64,000 nt of DNA from Escherichia phage WG01, in sequence record NC_031928.1; one strand, given 5' to 3'. The notes under the pieces were generated by a model. It was not told the DNA's origin. It searched no databases and saw nothing but the letters and a program-made list of their open reading frames with translations. Positions 42,861 through 53,216 of this stretch are shown here, piece by piece. Position 1 is the first letter of the stretch. Each line of letters opens with the position of its first letter. Both the position numbers and the translations under genes were made by a program.

Positions 42861-44140
42861 TGTCTAAGATTGTAGACCTAATTAAAGAATCCACATTGAC
42901 GGCTGCCAGCTCGGTTGGCCGTCCTGCTCTTCTTTCATACACCCAAGCAACTAATAAACGAATCTTTAAAGCCCTAGTTGCTGAACAAAAAACAAATCAA
43001 CCGGTTGCTGCTCTGTATGGGGTACGTGTACTGAATCCTGACGACAAAATGACTTATCTTGGTGGAGCAACATTTGCGGGCCAGATTGGTATGACGGAAC
43101 GTGAAAATATTCCAGAATTTACTGATTCATCTACAGCTTATGCGGTCGGTGATATGTTCCAGTTTGAAAGCGTAGTGTTTAAAGTTCTAGAAGCATCTCC
43201 TTTCGCCGGAACCACAGAAACCAACCTCAGCGAAGTTATTTCTGAAGCAGTGGCAGCCGGCCATATCCGTATGGTGTCGGATGCTGCTATTACTTCTAAA
43301 TTTGAACAAGGCCATCCTGAAATTGCTGAAACCGGATTCCGTATCGACAAATGGCAATCTGAAGTTAAATCACGTAAACTGAAAACTTCATTGACAGTCG
43401 AATTAGCCCAAGACCTAGAATCTAACGGGTTTAATGCTCCTAATTTCGTTGAAAATCTGCTAGGCATTCAAATGGCAGAAGAAATTAATAAGGATGTATT
43501 ACAGTCATTAATTACCGTGAGCTCTCGTTTTAAAGTCCAGGGTGTTTCTGAAAAGGGTGTATTAGACCTTACCAACCCTCGCTACGATAATGCCCAGGAC
43601 CGTGCTCGCACATTATATTATTATATGTGTGAGATGAACTCTGCCGTCCAACGACAGACTTCTTTTGCCGGGACTTATGCAGTAGCTAGTTCTCGTTGTG
43701 CTGCTATTCTCGCCGCCTCTGGTTGGGTTGAGAAAAAGGAAGACCAGGACGAATTGGCTTATGGTATATTAAAGAATGGCCTACCACTTTATGCCGATAT
43801 GAATAGTCCATGTGATTATGTTATTGTTGGTGTAAATGCCCAGATGGGTGAAGGACAGACGGTCGCATCTTTATATTATGCGCCTTATACGGAAGGTTTG
43901 AATGTGGTTGACGAAGAAGGTGATACTTCAGTTGGTGAATTTAAGGTTATTGTTGACCCGGAAAGCTTACAACCTACAGTAGCATTGCTTGCCCGTTATG
44001 CATTGACTGCAAACCCTTATACCGTCGCTAAGGACGATAAAGAAGCCCGCATTATTGATGGTTCTGATATGGACAAAATGGCTAATCAAAGTCAATTGAG
44101 TTCTTATCTCGGCGTAAAATTACCGCCTTTAGAAAAATAA
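42860..44140 (+). CDS. second gp24-like capsid vertex paralog
   Basis: 426 aa, colinear with the adjacent gp24 (shared GRPxL, AEQxTxQPxAALYGV, LQSLITVS, ANPYTVAKDDKEAR blocks) but clearly diverged. Confidence 0.8.
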   Translation: MSKIVDLIKESTLTAASSVGRPALLSYTQATNKRIFKALVAEQKTNQPVAALYGVRVLNPDDKMTYLGGATFAGQIGMTERENIPEFTDSSTAYAVGDMFQFESVVFKVLEASPFAGTTETNLSEVISEAVAAGHIRMVSDAAITSKFEQGHPEIAETGFRIDKWQSEVKSRKLKTSLTVELAQDLESNGFNAPNFVENLLGIQMAEEINKDVLQSLITVSSRFKVQGVSEKGVLDLTNPRYDNAQDRARTLYYYMCEMNSAVQRQTSFAGTYAVASSRCAAILAASGWVEKKEDQDELAYGILKNGLPLYADMNSPCDYVIVGVNAQMGEGQTVASLYYAPYTEGLNVVDEEGDTSVGEFKVIVDPESLQPTVALLARYALTANPYTVAKDDKEARIIDGSDMDKMANQSQLSSYLGVKLPPLEK

Positions 44141-44166
44141 AAGGGACCTTACGGTCCCTTTATCGT
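44141..44166. terminator. bidirectional terminator between the gp24 paralog and rnlB
   Basis: AAGGGACCTTACGGTCCCTT hairpin with A/T-rich flanks on both sides, between convergent genes. Confidence 0.6.
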
Positions 44167-45174
44167 TTATTTGGATACTAGTTCAATCCATACATGTCTT
44201 AATGTTTCTTTTACACACTCAACGAGCTGCTTTTTAACTTCAACGGGATTTTCCGCATCAGTTAATTCCAATTCTTCACGGGCGGCTTCTTCAAGGATAT
44301 CCTGGACTGTCAAGCCCATCACCTTTCCGAAATCCTTCGGCGATACTTCGCCAATCTTACTGATGACATTGTTAATGCGGTTAACAGTCACATAATCGGT
44401 GAATTGCCACATCAAATCCATATCGTCTTGGGACAATACCACTGCAACTTTAATAGGCTTATCAGACTTTTTCTTCTCGCTGAATTTAGAGTTCTTACAT
44501 TTAATCGCCACACGATTTCCGTTTGGAAGCCAGGTAGGAACATCAGGTTTCAATACAAAGCCTTCAGCCGTGAATACCTTACCTTCTACCTTAGGAATAA
44601 AATCGGTTGAGTTTGCAATAGTTAAGCCTGCGTTATCCACTGCAAAATTATAATCAGGAACAACTGAATCAAAATCATTAGGAAGTTTAATAAGGTCTTC
44701 AAAGCTACCAGTGGCCAGACATGGAGCTACCTTAAACTTATGGATAATACAGAAGGCTTCCATCAATGTATCGGTTAGAACAGATTCTGAGCCATCTTCT
44801 TTAGTAACTCGGATATCGAACACATAAAAGTCTTTATCGCCGTAGTCCACATTCTTCTGGATACCTGTCCCAGCGAATTCGCCATAAATCTGGTATGACT
44901 GATAATTAATCGATTCAATTAGATGTTGAACTGATTTAATAGAATCAGCGTAGTTCTTAAGTACAATTTCATAACCATAGAAATCTTCAGCAGGGAGGAT
45001 AGGGCCAGTGCGCTTGGCGCATGTGACTGCGTCACGTTCTATGATTAAACTAAAGTTGGTTCCATGAATCTTCTCACGTGCTACCCATTCACCACCAGTC
45101 AAACCGTTAGTACGGAGTTTTTCGATAAACTTACTGTTGTAGTGGTTTTCGAGACTGCTATATTTCTTGAACAT
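44167..45174 (-). CDS. rnlB: RNA ligase 2
   Basis: 335 aa; N-terminus [20 protein letters not shown] and nucleotidyltransferase motif I EKIHGTN match T4 Rnl2; T4-syntenic after gene 24. Confidence 0.9.
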   Translation of the reverse strand: MFKKYSSLENHYNSKFIEKLRTNGLTGGEWVAREKIHGTNFSLIIERDAVTCAKRTGPILPAEDFYGYEIVLKNYADSIKSVQHLIESINYQSYQIYGEFAGTGIQKNVDYGDKDFYVFDIRVTKEDGSESVLTDTLMEAFCIIHKFKVAPCLATGSFEDLIKLPNDFDSVVPDYNFAVDNAGLTIANSTDFIPKVEGKVFTAEGFVLKPDVPTWLPNGNRVAIKCKNSKFSEKKKSDKPIKVAVVLSQDDMDLMWQFTDYVTVNRINNVISKIGEVSPKDFGKVMGLTVQDILEEAAREELELTDAENPVEVKKQLVECVKETLRHVWIELVSK

Positions 45175-45288
45175 AAATCACCATAATAAATATAATTAAA
45201 TAGAAGAGCTAGTAGTCTTCTGTCACCAAGCCAAATGGTTTAACGGAAGGACCTAGACCCATTATATCACACCTAAATTTAAAGCATA

Positions 45289-45537
45289 TTACTTTGAACT
45301 AGAACGCGCTTTGCGCCGAACCTTGTTGTTCAATCTTTTACGATAAACAACCTTTTCTTTCGCTTTAAATTTGGCCTTGGCTTGTTCTACATCAACCCAT
45401 GCTTTGGCCATGTCCTTAGCGGTCCCGCCCATTTTTTTAGCAATTTCTATAAAATTCAACCCAGATTCGTGTAAAAAATGTACTTTAACCTTATCCATAA
45501 CAATTCTCTCGTTGAGTTGGTAAACCCATCTTAACAC
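45289..45537 (-). CDS. small basic protein with helix-turn-helix-like segment
   Basis: 82-aa ORF (start may be the internal ATG at 45498); segment SGLNFIEIAKKMGGTAKDMAKAW; Lys/Arg-rich C-terminus. Confidence 0.4.
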   Translation of the reverse strand: MLRWVYQLNERIVMDKVKVHFLHESGLNFIEIAKKMGGTAKDMAKAWVDVEQAKAKFKAKEKVVYRKRLNNKVRRKARSSSK

Positions 45538-45580
45538 AGAATTTTTAACTTGTAAACAGGAATTTTGTACTTTAATGCAA

Positions 45581-45600
45581 AATGGGCCTTGCGGCCCATT
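45581..45600 (-). terminator. terminator-like hairpin after hoc
   Basis: AATGGGCCTTGCGGCCCATT hairpin immediately downstream of the hoc stop on minus strand. Confidence 0.5.
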
Positions 45601-45601
45601 A

Positions 45602-46450
45602 TTAATAAATGTAATCGTATATAATACCAGCTTCTAAAGCGGTGCGATGAATAATTCGACCATTACGAGATTCTTGTACATCAACCTCTGAATAGTCGGT
45701 AATCATTTTTTGAAGTGTATATCGGTGCAAATAATACGGGCTATCCGGGTCATCTGTTTTCCAGTCTTTGCCTTCAAGAGTCATTTTCTGGATTTCATCC
45801 ATAACCCACCAACCAACCCAAATATATGCTGAATTACGAACAGGGAGTGGATGAACGTAAGGTAATTCGCCATCCGGAACCGGTGCGACTTTAGCCGTGA
45901 CTGTTACATTACCGGTTTTTGTGACAGTCGCCGGGTTATAATCAGTCGCCGAAACCACAACAGAAACTTCAATAACCTGTGAACCTTCAGTGCTTGTATC
46001 GATTGCTAGAGTATCCGTGGTGCCAACTACAGGAGAACCGTCTTTCTTCCAAGAATAGGCAAAAGTAGCACCAGCAGGAGCGCCGACCACATCCGCTTTA
46101 AAAGAAGCTGGAGTGCCTTCCGGAACATTAATCGAAGCTGGGGTTAATGTCACAGAAACACCGGAAATGGTTTTATTCTGGATAGTTAAAGTTGTTTCGG
46201 CTTCAGCTGTTTCTGGTTCGCCGTCAGCCGGTGTAGTTGTTGCAACAACTTTAATAGTCTTGCTGCCTGCCGGGCCAACAGCAACATAATCCATTGCAGC
46301 AGTCACAGAAGATTGAGGAACGCCATCAACGGTCCAGACAAATGATTCGGTACCTTCAGCTGCAGCACCGGAACCGGTCGCAGTGAAATTGGTTGTTGCT
46401 CCAATAACGGCCGTAGCCGCCAAAGGAGCCATATCTACGGTATAAGCCAT
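45602..46450 (-). CDS. hoc: Hoc-like outer capsid decoration protein (shorter than T4 Hoc)
   Basis: 282 aa; Thr/Val/Ala-rich Ig-like repeats then Trp-rich C-terminal module; T4-syntenic between rnlB and inh. Confidence 0.65.
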   Translation of the reverse strand: MAYTVDMAPLAATAVIGATTNFTATGSGAAAEGTESFVWTVDGVPQSSVTAAMDYVAVGPAGSKTIKVVATTTPADGEPETAEAETTLTIQNKTISGVSVTLTPASINVPEGTPASFKADVVGAPAGATFAYSWKKDGSPVVGTTDTLAIDTSTEGSQVIEVSVVVSATDYNPATVTKTGNVTVTAKVAPVPDGELPYVHPLPVRNSAYIWVGWWVMDEIQKMTLEGKDWKTDDPDSPYYLHRYTLQKMITDYSEVDVQESRNGRIIHRTALEAGIIYDYIY

Positions 46451-46459
46451 AATAAACCC

Positions 46460-47131
46460 TTATTTTAAAGTGACAAAAGATGAGTTACGAGTTTCACGTA
46501 CTAATACTGAACCATTACGATTAATGTAATAAATCAGACTAAATAATGTTTGGTGGGCAGAAGGATGTTGGAAAGCAGTTGGACGTTCTTTCCAATCCGG
46601 AGTCTCAGAAATCCATTGGTAAATCCACCAAGGAACGGTGCAATAACCTGGGTTCTTACCGATAAGCAAAAGATTAGGACTGAAGTTTTCAGGTAAAGAG
46701 AATACAGGTTTTTCAGATTCAACAACCTTGGCTATAGCCCCTTTGAATTTCTCTTCGTCAAATGGAACATCCTCTTCGATAATCTCTACCTTAGGAAGTT
46801 CGGCTACCTCAACGACTTCTACTGCAGCCTCAGGGGCATCGAACAACAGGGTGGCTTCTTCTTTAGCTGGTTCAGCACCATCAACAAATTCGTTAGCACC
46901 TGTAAGTTCGTCGGCAGCATCAATCAAATCAGAAATGGACAACCCTTCGGTTTCTGGGAGTGGTTCGTCAGCCAAGGCTTTAAGGCCTTCAGAGATATCG
47001 ATAATCAAATTATCAAACGAACGGGTTTTCTTAAGTTTTAAACCGAACTGTTCGCCGTATTCGATTAACTTAGCTTTAGCTTCTTTTTTATCTTCGAGTG
47101 CACGAAGCTCTTCAATATATTGAGTATCCAT
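46460..47131 (-). CDS. inh: Inh-like protein (inhibitor of prohead protease)
   Basis: 223 aa (T4 Inh about 226 aa); position between hoc and uvsW. Confidence 0.5.
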   Translation of the reverse strand: MDTQYIEELRALEDKKEAKAKLIEYGEQFGLKLKKTRSFDNLIIDISEGLKALADEPLPETEGLSISDLIDAADELTGANEFVDGAEPAKEEATLLFDAPEAAVEVVEVAELPKVEIIEEDVPFDEEKFKGAIAKVVESEKPVFSLPENFSPNLLLIGKNPGYCTVPWWIYQWISETPDWKERPTAFQHPSAHQTLFSLIYYINRNGSVLVRETRNSSFVTLK

Positions 47132-47150
47132 AATTAGTCTCTTGTTGGTG

Positions 47151-47158
47151 TATAAATA
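47151..47158 (+). promoter_or_regulatory. late promoter for uvsW
   Basis: Exact TATAAATA 29 nt upstream of the uvsW ATG. Confidence 0.6.
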
Positions 47159-47186
47159 TAACTATATTTATAACTGAGAATTACTT

Positions 47187-48683
47187 ATGCAAATTCAAGT
47201 ACATTTTGATAATTTTAGTCATGTCCGTATTGAATGCGATGAATCTACATTCTACGAACTCAGAGACTATTTTAGCTTTGAAGCTGATGGATATAAATTC
47301 AACCCTAAATTTCGTTATGGTCAATGGGACGGACGTATTCGCCTTCTGGATTACAACCGTAAACTTCCTTATGGATTGGTCCCTCAAATTAAAAAGTTCG
47401 CTGAACAATTTGAATACTCTCTGTGGATTGACCCACGTATTCTTGAACAGGAAGATATTTCTCGTGAAGATTTTGATTCATGGGTGGCTTCTCAAGAAAT
47501 TTATTCAGGGTCTACCAAGATTGAGCCTCATTGGTATCAGAATGAAGCCGTATACAACGGCCTGACAAAACGTCGCGCAATTCTGAATTTACCTACATCT
47601 GCAGGTAAATCATTAATCCAGGCACTCCTGAGTCGATATTACGTTGAGAACTATGAAGGTAAAATCCTCATCTTAGTTCCTACTACTGCACTTGTCGACC
47701 AGATGATTAACGACTTCATCGATTATCGTCTGTTCCCTAAAGCCGCAATGCTTGGTATTCGTTCAGGTACTGCTCGTGATTCCGATGCAATGATTTATGT
47801 TTCAACTTATCAAACCGCTATCAAGCAACCTAAAGAATGGTTTGCTCAGTTCGGTATGTTTATGAACGACGAATGCCATTTGGCTACAGGTAAATCTATT
47901 TCTACTATCATCGAAGGCCTAACCAACTGTATGTTTAAATTCGGTTTGTCGGGTTCTTTAAAAGATGGTAAAGCTAATTTAATGCAATATATGGGTTTGT
48001 TTGGTGATGTGTTTAAGCCAGTATCCACCTCCCAGTTAATGGAAGAAGGACAGGTTACTGACCTTAAAATCAACAGTATTTTCCTTCGATACCCAGACGA
48101 ATTCACGGTTAAAATGAAAGGTAAAGATTACCAATCAGAAATCAAGGTCATTACTAAGGCTACTCGTCGTAATAAATGGGTTGCTAATTTAGCTGTTAAA
48201 CTCGCTAAGAAAGAAGAGAACGTATTCCTGATGTTTAAAAACATCGAACACGGTAAAACTCTTTTTGAAATGGTTAAAGAGCAACATAAAGAAGTTTATT
48301 ACGTATCAGGTGAAGTTAATACCGAAACGCGTAATGCTCTGAAAGTAATGGCGGAAAATGGTAAGGGTATTATTGTTGTGGCAAGTTATGGTGTGTTCTC
48401 TACTGGTATTTCCGTTAAGAACCTTCACCACGTTGTATTTGCCCATCCAGTAAAATCTAAAATCATTGTACTCCAGACAATTGGTCGTGTACTCCGTAAA
48501 CATGCCTCTAAATCAACAGCACAGGTGTGGGATATCATCGACGACATGGGTGTTAAGCCTAAATCAGCTACGGCTAAAAAGAAATATGTTCATTTGAACT
48601 ACGCCCTCAAACACGCTTTAGAACGTATTCAACGTTATGCTGATGAGAAATTTAATTACGTAATGAAACAGGTGGATTTATGA
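47187..48683 (+). CDS. uvsW: UvsW recombination/repair helicase
   Basis: 498 aa; Walker A TSAGKS and DECH box in NDECH; late promoter upstream. Confidence 0.85.
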   Translation: MQIQVHFDNFSHVRIECDESTFYELRDYFSFEADGYKFNPKFRYGQWDGRIRLLDYNRKLPYGLVPQIKKFAEQFEYSLWIDPRILEQEDISREDFDSWVASQEIYSGSTKIEPHWYQNEAVYNGLTKRRAILNLPTSAGKSLIQALLSRYYVENYEGKILILVPTTALVDQMINDFIDYRLFPKAAMLGIRSGTARDSDAMIYVSTYQTAIKQPKEWFAQFGMFMNDECHLATGKSISTIIEGLTNCMFKFGLSGSLKDGKANLMQYMGLFGDVFKPVSTSQLMEEGQVTDLKINSIFLRYPDEFTVKMKGKDYQSEIKVITKATRRNKWVANLAVKLAKKEENVFLMFKNIEHGKTLFEMVKEQHKEVYYVSGEVNTETRNALKVMAENGKGIIVVASYGVFSTGISVKNLHHVVFAHPVKSKIIVLQTIGRVLRKHASKSTAQVWDIIDDMGVKPKSATAKKKYVHLNYALKHALERIQRYADEKFNYVMKQVDL

Positions 48684-48907
48684 AAACCTTTAAAGAAGTT
48701 ATTCAAGAAGCATCTATTGAAAGCTTCATGGCTAAAATTGGTTCTTGTCAGACTATGGACGGTCTGAAGGAACTAGAGAAGTATTACAAAACTCGTAGTA
48801 AGGAAGCTGAACTTCGTGATTCGGACGATATTAGCGTGCGTGATGCATTGGCTGGTAAGAGAGCTGAATTGGAGTCGATGGACGACGAGGAAGAGGAAGA
48901 TTTCTAA
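48680..48907 (+). CDS. uvsW.1: UvsW.1 small protein
   Basis: 75 aa; ATGA overlap with uvsW stop as in T4. Confidence 0.7.
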   Translation: MKTFKEVIQEASIESFMAKIGSCQTMDGLKELEKYYKTRSKEAELRDSDDISVRDALAGKRAELESMDDEEEEDF

Positions 48908-48937
48908 ACAAAAAAGGCCCAACCTTTCGGAAGGGCC
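48908..48937 (-). terminator. intrinsic terminator (third copy of the repeated hairpin)
   Basis: ggcccaacctttcggaagggcc followed by a U-run on minus strand; between convergent uvsW.1 and the small Cys ORF. Confidence 0.55.
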
Positions 48938-48966
48938 AATAACCATAAATGGCTATACACACTAGA

Positions 48967-49134
48967 CTAAAGTAGTAATTGGGTTTCGTTCAGCTGTTCT
49001 TCAGTGTTTTCCGTAACCGGCAAGCTTTGAACGTAATTATAGCATGAGCCCGGATGAACCGGACCTTTTTCTGTTTCAACAACCAATGCAGCATCGATTG
49101 GAGTTTTACAGACAACGCAAATCTTATCTGACAT
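48967..49134 (-). CDS. small Cys-containing protein (uvsY.-2-like position)
   Basis: 55-aa ORF below the track cutoff: MSDKICVVCKTPID...HPGSCYNY; AAGGAG RBS; terminator downstream. Confidence 0.4.
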   Translation of the reverse strand: MSDKICVVCKTPIDAALVVETEKGPVHPGSCYNYVQSLPVTENTEEQLNETQLLL

Positions 49135-49162
49135 GATTGTCTCCTTAGTTTAACTTACATAC

Positions 49163-49261
49163 CTATTTATTACTTGCTAAAGCAGCATTAATGAATTCTT
49201 GGAGAAGTTTCATCTTATCGGCATCTACTTTAATGGGTTTGGTATTTTTAGTACGTCTCAT
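49163..49261 (-). CDS. micro-ORF (uvsY.-1-like position)
   Basis: 32-aa ORF MRRTKNTKPIKVDADKMKLLQEFINAALASNK; its ATG overlaps the uvsY stop (TAATG). Confidence 0.25.
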   Translation of the reverse strand: MRRTKNTKPIKVDADKMKLLQEFINAALASNK

Positions 49262-49695
49262 TATTTACCCGCCTCAAATTGTCTCATCTCATGCATGGTC
49301 TTAAGGTTAAAACCACGCGCCTTAATAGCATCAAGTGCTGAACTACAAAAGTCTTGTAATAAAGCCCAATACTGAATTGATGTGTCGATTTTAATTACAC
49401 TAGAATCCGCAGCCATAACGGTCTTTAATTCAGATTTCTCATATTGGTCCATACAAACCTCATCACCAGGCTCTCCACGTCCCGTGTAGAAATCTAATCG
49501 CTTCTTAAGTGAGGTCTTTTTCTGGATTTCTAATCTCATTATTTCTTTCTTACAATTCGTATACAGCCTTAGCCATTTGCTGTGCAGCAAAACGTTGTTC
49601 TGTACTTCATATTGTAAACGAGTTCCATCAATCTTTAAATCCTCGTCTAATGCGTCCTGGAATGATTCTAACTTATATTCAATCTCTTTACTCAT
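49261..49695 (-). CDS. uvsY: UvsY recombination mediator
   Basis: ORF track 49261..49728; start moved to ATG at 49695 with AGGAAA RBS; 144 aa; T4 UvsY-like blocks LQYE, NNV, SKWL, SALDAIKARGF, FEAGK. Confidence 0.85.
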   Translation of the reverse strand: MSKEIEYKLESFQDALDEDLKIDGTRLQYEVQNNVLLHSKWLRLYTNCKKEIMRLEIQKKTSLKKRLDFYTGRGEPGDEVCMDQYEKSELKTVMAADSSVIKIDTSIQYWALLQDFCSSALDAIKARGFNLKTMHEMRQFEAGK

Positions 49696-49753
49696 CGCAT
49701 GTTTCCTGTGTAATAACCATAGGACCATTATACACTATTCATTTGAACAGCAA

Positions 49754-50143
49754 TTAACCACTCTGTGAGAGCTGGATTCTAATTTGCTCTAATGTATCTG
49801 GGTCATCAACGATACTAAACTGAACGGTCACGATAATCGAGTTATCATCGTACACAGGTGTCACACCTACAGCTAGAGCAGAAATTCTGGGTTCGAAGTT
49901 CCGCACTGCGGAAACTATATTACGCTTAATGGTATCCGTGATTAATGGAGTAATATTCTCAAACAATTGGTTGCTGATGTCACAACCGAATTCAGGCATA
50001 AAAGGGCGCGAACCCTTGCGAGTAGTAATAATGCCTAACAAACTATTTTTTACTGCGCGAGCACCTGTAGCTTTAGCGACGTCTCTATTCCAAGACGTCC
50101 TCATTTCAGGGTCTAAATCTGAATACATTTTATTGATATTCAT
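49754..50143 (-). CDS. 25: baseplate wedge protein gp25
   Basis: 129 aa (T4 132 aa); synteny. Confidence 0.85.
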   Translation of the reverse strand: MNINKMYSDLDPEMRTSWNRDVAKATGARAVKNSLLGIITTRKGSRPFMPEFGCDISNQLFENITPLITDTIKRNIVSAVRNFEPRISALAVGVTPVYDDNSIIVTVQFSIVDDPDTLEQIRIQLSQSG

Positions 50144-50766
50144 TACATCACCTTAAAGAACTCTTTAAGTCCCTCAATAACGTGGACGGTGTGTTCACCA
50201 CATTCACAAGAAATAGGTATAGCCAAAATAGGCTTAGGGGCGACTAGTGCATCATAAACTTCTTTTATATCTTTTTCTGTTATCACAGAATAAAGGTCAT
50301 CAAGTTCCGCATCGCTTAAATCGGAAAGAAGAAGCTTTTCGCCTGCAGAAGTTAAAATATAATCGATACACCCTGCGACCATCATAGCTCTATTTTTATC
50401 TTCAAAGAGTTTAGGATATCTGAAAACAATTTTAAAGTTGCCAAAGTCTTTAATAACATCCGGCTCTTTACCCAATGTTGCTCGAGTTAGTGTCATAGGG
50501 ACAACCTGTGAGCGGCCACAACTACAACTCCACTCACGTTCTATATTCACTTCAGCTAATGAATGGGCCCATAGGTTTATCACCAGGAGCTCAGATTCTT
50601 GCTTGTTTAAATCACGGGCATCTGTGCAATTCGAAATGAGTTCATTGATAAAGGACTCTATTCTGCCTTCTAATTTAGCTTGGAGCAAGTCCTTATACTC
50701 TCTGAGGGTAAATGCTCTGCATTTTATGGTTTTGTTTTTAATTTTTACGTCAAAAGTATAATTCAT
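50143..50766 (-). CDS. 26: baseplate hub protein gp26
   Basis: 207 aa (T4 208 aa); divergent from gene 51. Confidence 0.75.
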   Translation of the reverse strand: MNYTFDVKIKNKTIKCRAFTLREYKDLLQAKLEGRIESFINELISNCTDARDLNKQESELLVINLWAHSLAEVNIEREWSCSCGRSQVVPMTLTRATLGKEPDVIKDFGNFKIVFRYPKLFEDKNRAMMVAGCIDYILTSAGEKLLLSDLSDAELDDLYSVITEKDIKEVYDALVAPKPILAIPISCECGEHTVHVIEGLKEFFKVM

Positions 50767-50788
50767 TGTCTTCTCCTTTAAGCTTATT

Positions 50789-50796
50789 TATAAATA
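50789..50796 (+). promoter_or_regulatory. late promoter for gene 51
   Basis: Exact TATAAATA 21 nt upstream of the proposed gene 51 ATG at 50817. Confidence 0.6.
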
Positions 50797-50816
50797 CATC
50801 AATAAGAGGACACCCT

Positions 50817-51569
50817 ATGGCTAATATAGTACGTTGTGAAATGCCTGATGGAGTCCACCGATTTAAACCTTTTACAGTAGCTGATTATCGTGATTTTATT
50901 TTGATTCGAAATGACATGAATAATAAATCACCTGAAGAGCAAAAACAAATTTTAGATGAGTTACTGGAAGAATACTTCGGTGAATATCCTATGTCATGGC
51001 GCCCGTATATGTTCATTGAACTTTACACGTCATCACTCGGCAAGACCAAAATTCCTATCCGATACACTTGTAGTAAGTGTGAAAAGGATAGACAAGTTTT
51101 ATTCAATTTGAAACAGACCAAGTTAGATAATCCCACAATTGAAGTGGCCGGCTTGAAGCTAACATTCAAATTTCCGGAAATAGAATATCAAGACAAATCC
51201 GAATTGATTCTGAACACCCTCCAAACCGTGGAAGATGAAAACGGGAAATATAATTGGACTGACCTTTCTGAAGAAGACCAATTAGCCGTAATAGATGCTA
51301 TAGACTTATCCACTTTAGAGGATATAGTCAAACAAACTAGCCCTATTAATTTTGAACTAAAATATGGATGCTGTAATCGTAGAACAATTACGTATACCGA
51401 TATTTTAGAGGTGTTTAAGCTTATAGTCAACCCGGATGAGATATTTTTATTTTACCAAATAAACCATTTATTGGTAAAGAACAATTATTCATTAGAAAGC
51501 ATTATGCAGATGATTCCAATCGAACGCGGTATTGCTTTGTCTTTGGTTGAAAAGGACCTTAAGAAATGA
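50817..51569 (+). CDS. 51: baseplate hub assembly protein gp51
   Basis: ORF track 50766..51569; ATG at 50817 with AAGAGGA RBS and late promoter; 250 aa (T4 249 aa). Confidence 0.75.
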   Translation: MANIVRCEMPDGVHRFKPFTVADYRDFILIRNDMNNKSPEEQKQILDELLEEYFGEYPMSWRPYMFIELYTSSLGKTKIPIRYTCSKCEKDRQVLFNLKQTKLDNPTIEVAGLKLTFKFPEIEYQDKSELILNTLQTVEDENGKYNWTDLSEEDQLAVIDAIDLSTLEDIVKQTSPINFELKYGCCNRRTITYTDILEVFKLIVNPDEIFLFYQINHLLVKNNYSLESIMQMIPIERGIALSLVEKDLKK

Positions 51570-52735
51570 GTTCAAAAACTATGCAACGTGAAGGCTTTCC
51601 TAATATTAGTATACGCCTTTACGAAGATTATGACGCCTGGTTAGAGCATCGTTTTGTTGAACTAGGCGCGACATTTACTACTCTAACAATGCGAGATGGG
51701 CTTTACGGTAGTAATGAAGGGTTGCTTCAGTTTTATGATGCAAAGAACCTTCATACTAAAATGGATGGTGAGCAGATTATTCAAATTTCTGTTAAGAATG
51801 CTAACTCTGAACGTACCCAATCAAGAATTTATGGAAGTAAACACTTTGCTGTAGGAGTGGATTCGAAGGGCGACAATATCATAACAATACAACTCGCCCC
51901 AATCCACTTTTTAGAGAATCTTAAATTTAGTCGTATGTTCTTCCCGAGTGTTCAAGAAACATTAACTGAAATGATTGGTGTTATTTATCAAGACCGTCCG
52001 CTTCTTGCTCCTCCTTTGAACGGGATAAACGTTTACGTTCCTAATGTTCCTTGGTGTGATTCAATGGACCGTTATATGGAATTTGTACGAGAAGTAGGTA
52101 TGGCCGTTGAATCTGATAAATTTGTATTTGTCTGGGAAGATATAGATGGTATTTCTATCATGGACTACGAATTTATGGTTAACCAAGAGCCTATTAATTT
52201 TGTAGTGGGTGAGCCGCGATTAATAGGTCAATACGTTCAAGATATGGATACACCTATCGCATTTGATTTTGAATGGTTAACTAAAGCCAACCAACATTCC
52301 AGAAAACCATATGAAAACGCTACTGTATACGCCCACTCTTTCTTAGACAAAAACGCCACACGAATTACTTTTGGTGACGGGCAAAACAGTATATTGGTTT
52401 CTCGCTCCGGTGGATATTCTGATTATACCTACCGAAACGGTTTTGAAGAAGCCGATAGATTAGTTACTATGGCCCAATACGATGGATACGCTCATTGTAA
52501 GGTATATGGTAACTTTGAACTAACTCCAGGCGATAAGATTAATTTCTATGACCCTAAAAACCAATTCCAGTACGATTTTTATGTAGACGAAGTTATTCAT
52601 GAAGTGAGTAACAATACATCAATTACAAACCTTTATATGTTTACTAATGGTAAGCCTATTAAGATTGAAGAACCGCCGAAGGTTAAAAATGAACTTAAAA
52701 CTGATACTCCCGATCAAGAAAATAACGCTGGGTGA
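51566..52735 (+). CDS. 27: baseplate hub protein gp27
   Basis: 389 aa (T4 391 aa); synteny. Confidence 0.85.
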   Translation: MSSKTMQREGFPNISIRLYEDYDAWLEHRFVELGATFTTLTMRDGLYGSNEGLLQFYDAKNLHTKMDGEQIIQISVKNANSERTQSRIYGSKHFAVGVDSKGDNIITIQLAPIHFLENLKFSRMFFPSVQETLTEMIGVIYQDRPLLAPPLNGINVYVPNVPWCDSMDRYMEFVREVGMAVESDKFVFVWEDIDGISIMDYEFMVNQEPINFVVGEPRLIGQYVQDMDTPIAFDFEWLTKANQHSRKPYENATVYAHSFLDKNATRITFGDGQNSILVSRSGGYSDYTYRNGFEEADRLVTMAQYDGYAHCKVYGNFELTPGDKINFYDPKNQFQYDFYVDEVIHEVSNNTSITNLYMFTNGKPIKIEEPPKVKNELKTDTPDQENNAG

Positions 52736-53216
52736 CAAAGAGATTTCCATTCCTAAATTGGGTCTTAAACACCAGAAATTGGTTAAAGATGAAAAGGACC
52801 CTTACAAGGCCCTCTATATGACAATGGAATCCATTTGTAAAGGACTGTCTGCAGCAGAAACAGATTTTGCTGCTTTACACCTTTTAGAATTCAACGGACG
52901 ATTAAAAGAAAAAGTAACTAAAGATGGATTCACATATAATTTAAATGACCTTTATATTTGCCAACGACTTGAATTCCAGTTCCAAGGTAAAACGTTTAAA
53001 TTTAAATCACATGAACCATTTCAAACATTTGGTCCTGTTGATAGTGTACTACAATCTCTTTATCTTGGTGATGATGTACCAGATTTTCTGGATATGCCTG
53101 CCTTTGTTGCTACATGGGCCGACGATATAACTTCTACTGTAGCTATCCCTGGTCCTAATGGTCCTATCAAAGGATTGCTTAAAATCATGGATATCTTAAA
53201 TGAAGAACGAATCTAA
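52689..53216 (+). CDS. 28: baseplate hub distal protein gp28
   Basis: ORF track 52647..53216; ATG at 52689 gives 175 aa (T4 177 aa). Confidence 0.75.
   Translation: MNLKLILPIKKITLGDKEISIPKLGLKHQKLVKDEKDPYKALYMTMESICKGLSAAETDFAALHLLEFNGRLKEKVTKDGFTYNLNDLYICQRLEFQFQGKTFKFKSHEPFQTFGPVDSVLQSLYLGDDVPDFLDMPAFVATWADDITSTVAIPGPNGPIKGLLKIMDILNEERI

Noticed and set aside
45520-45557. GTTTAC motifs upstream of ORF 45289..45537 as an early promoter
   Set aside because: No acceptable -10 element at 17-18 nt spacing (best candidates TTAAGA or TGTTAT); too weak to call.
49696-49728. N-terminal extension of uvsY (MVLWLLHRKHA) in the ORF track
   Set aside because: The ATG at 49695 has a proper RBS and gives a T4-like UvsY length; the extension would overlap the gp25 terminus region without an RBS.
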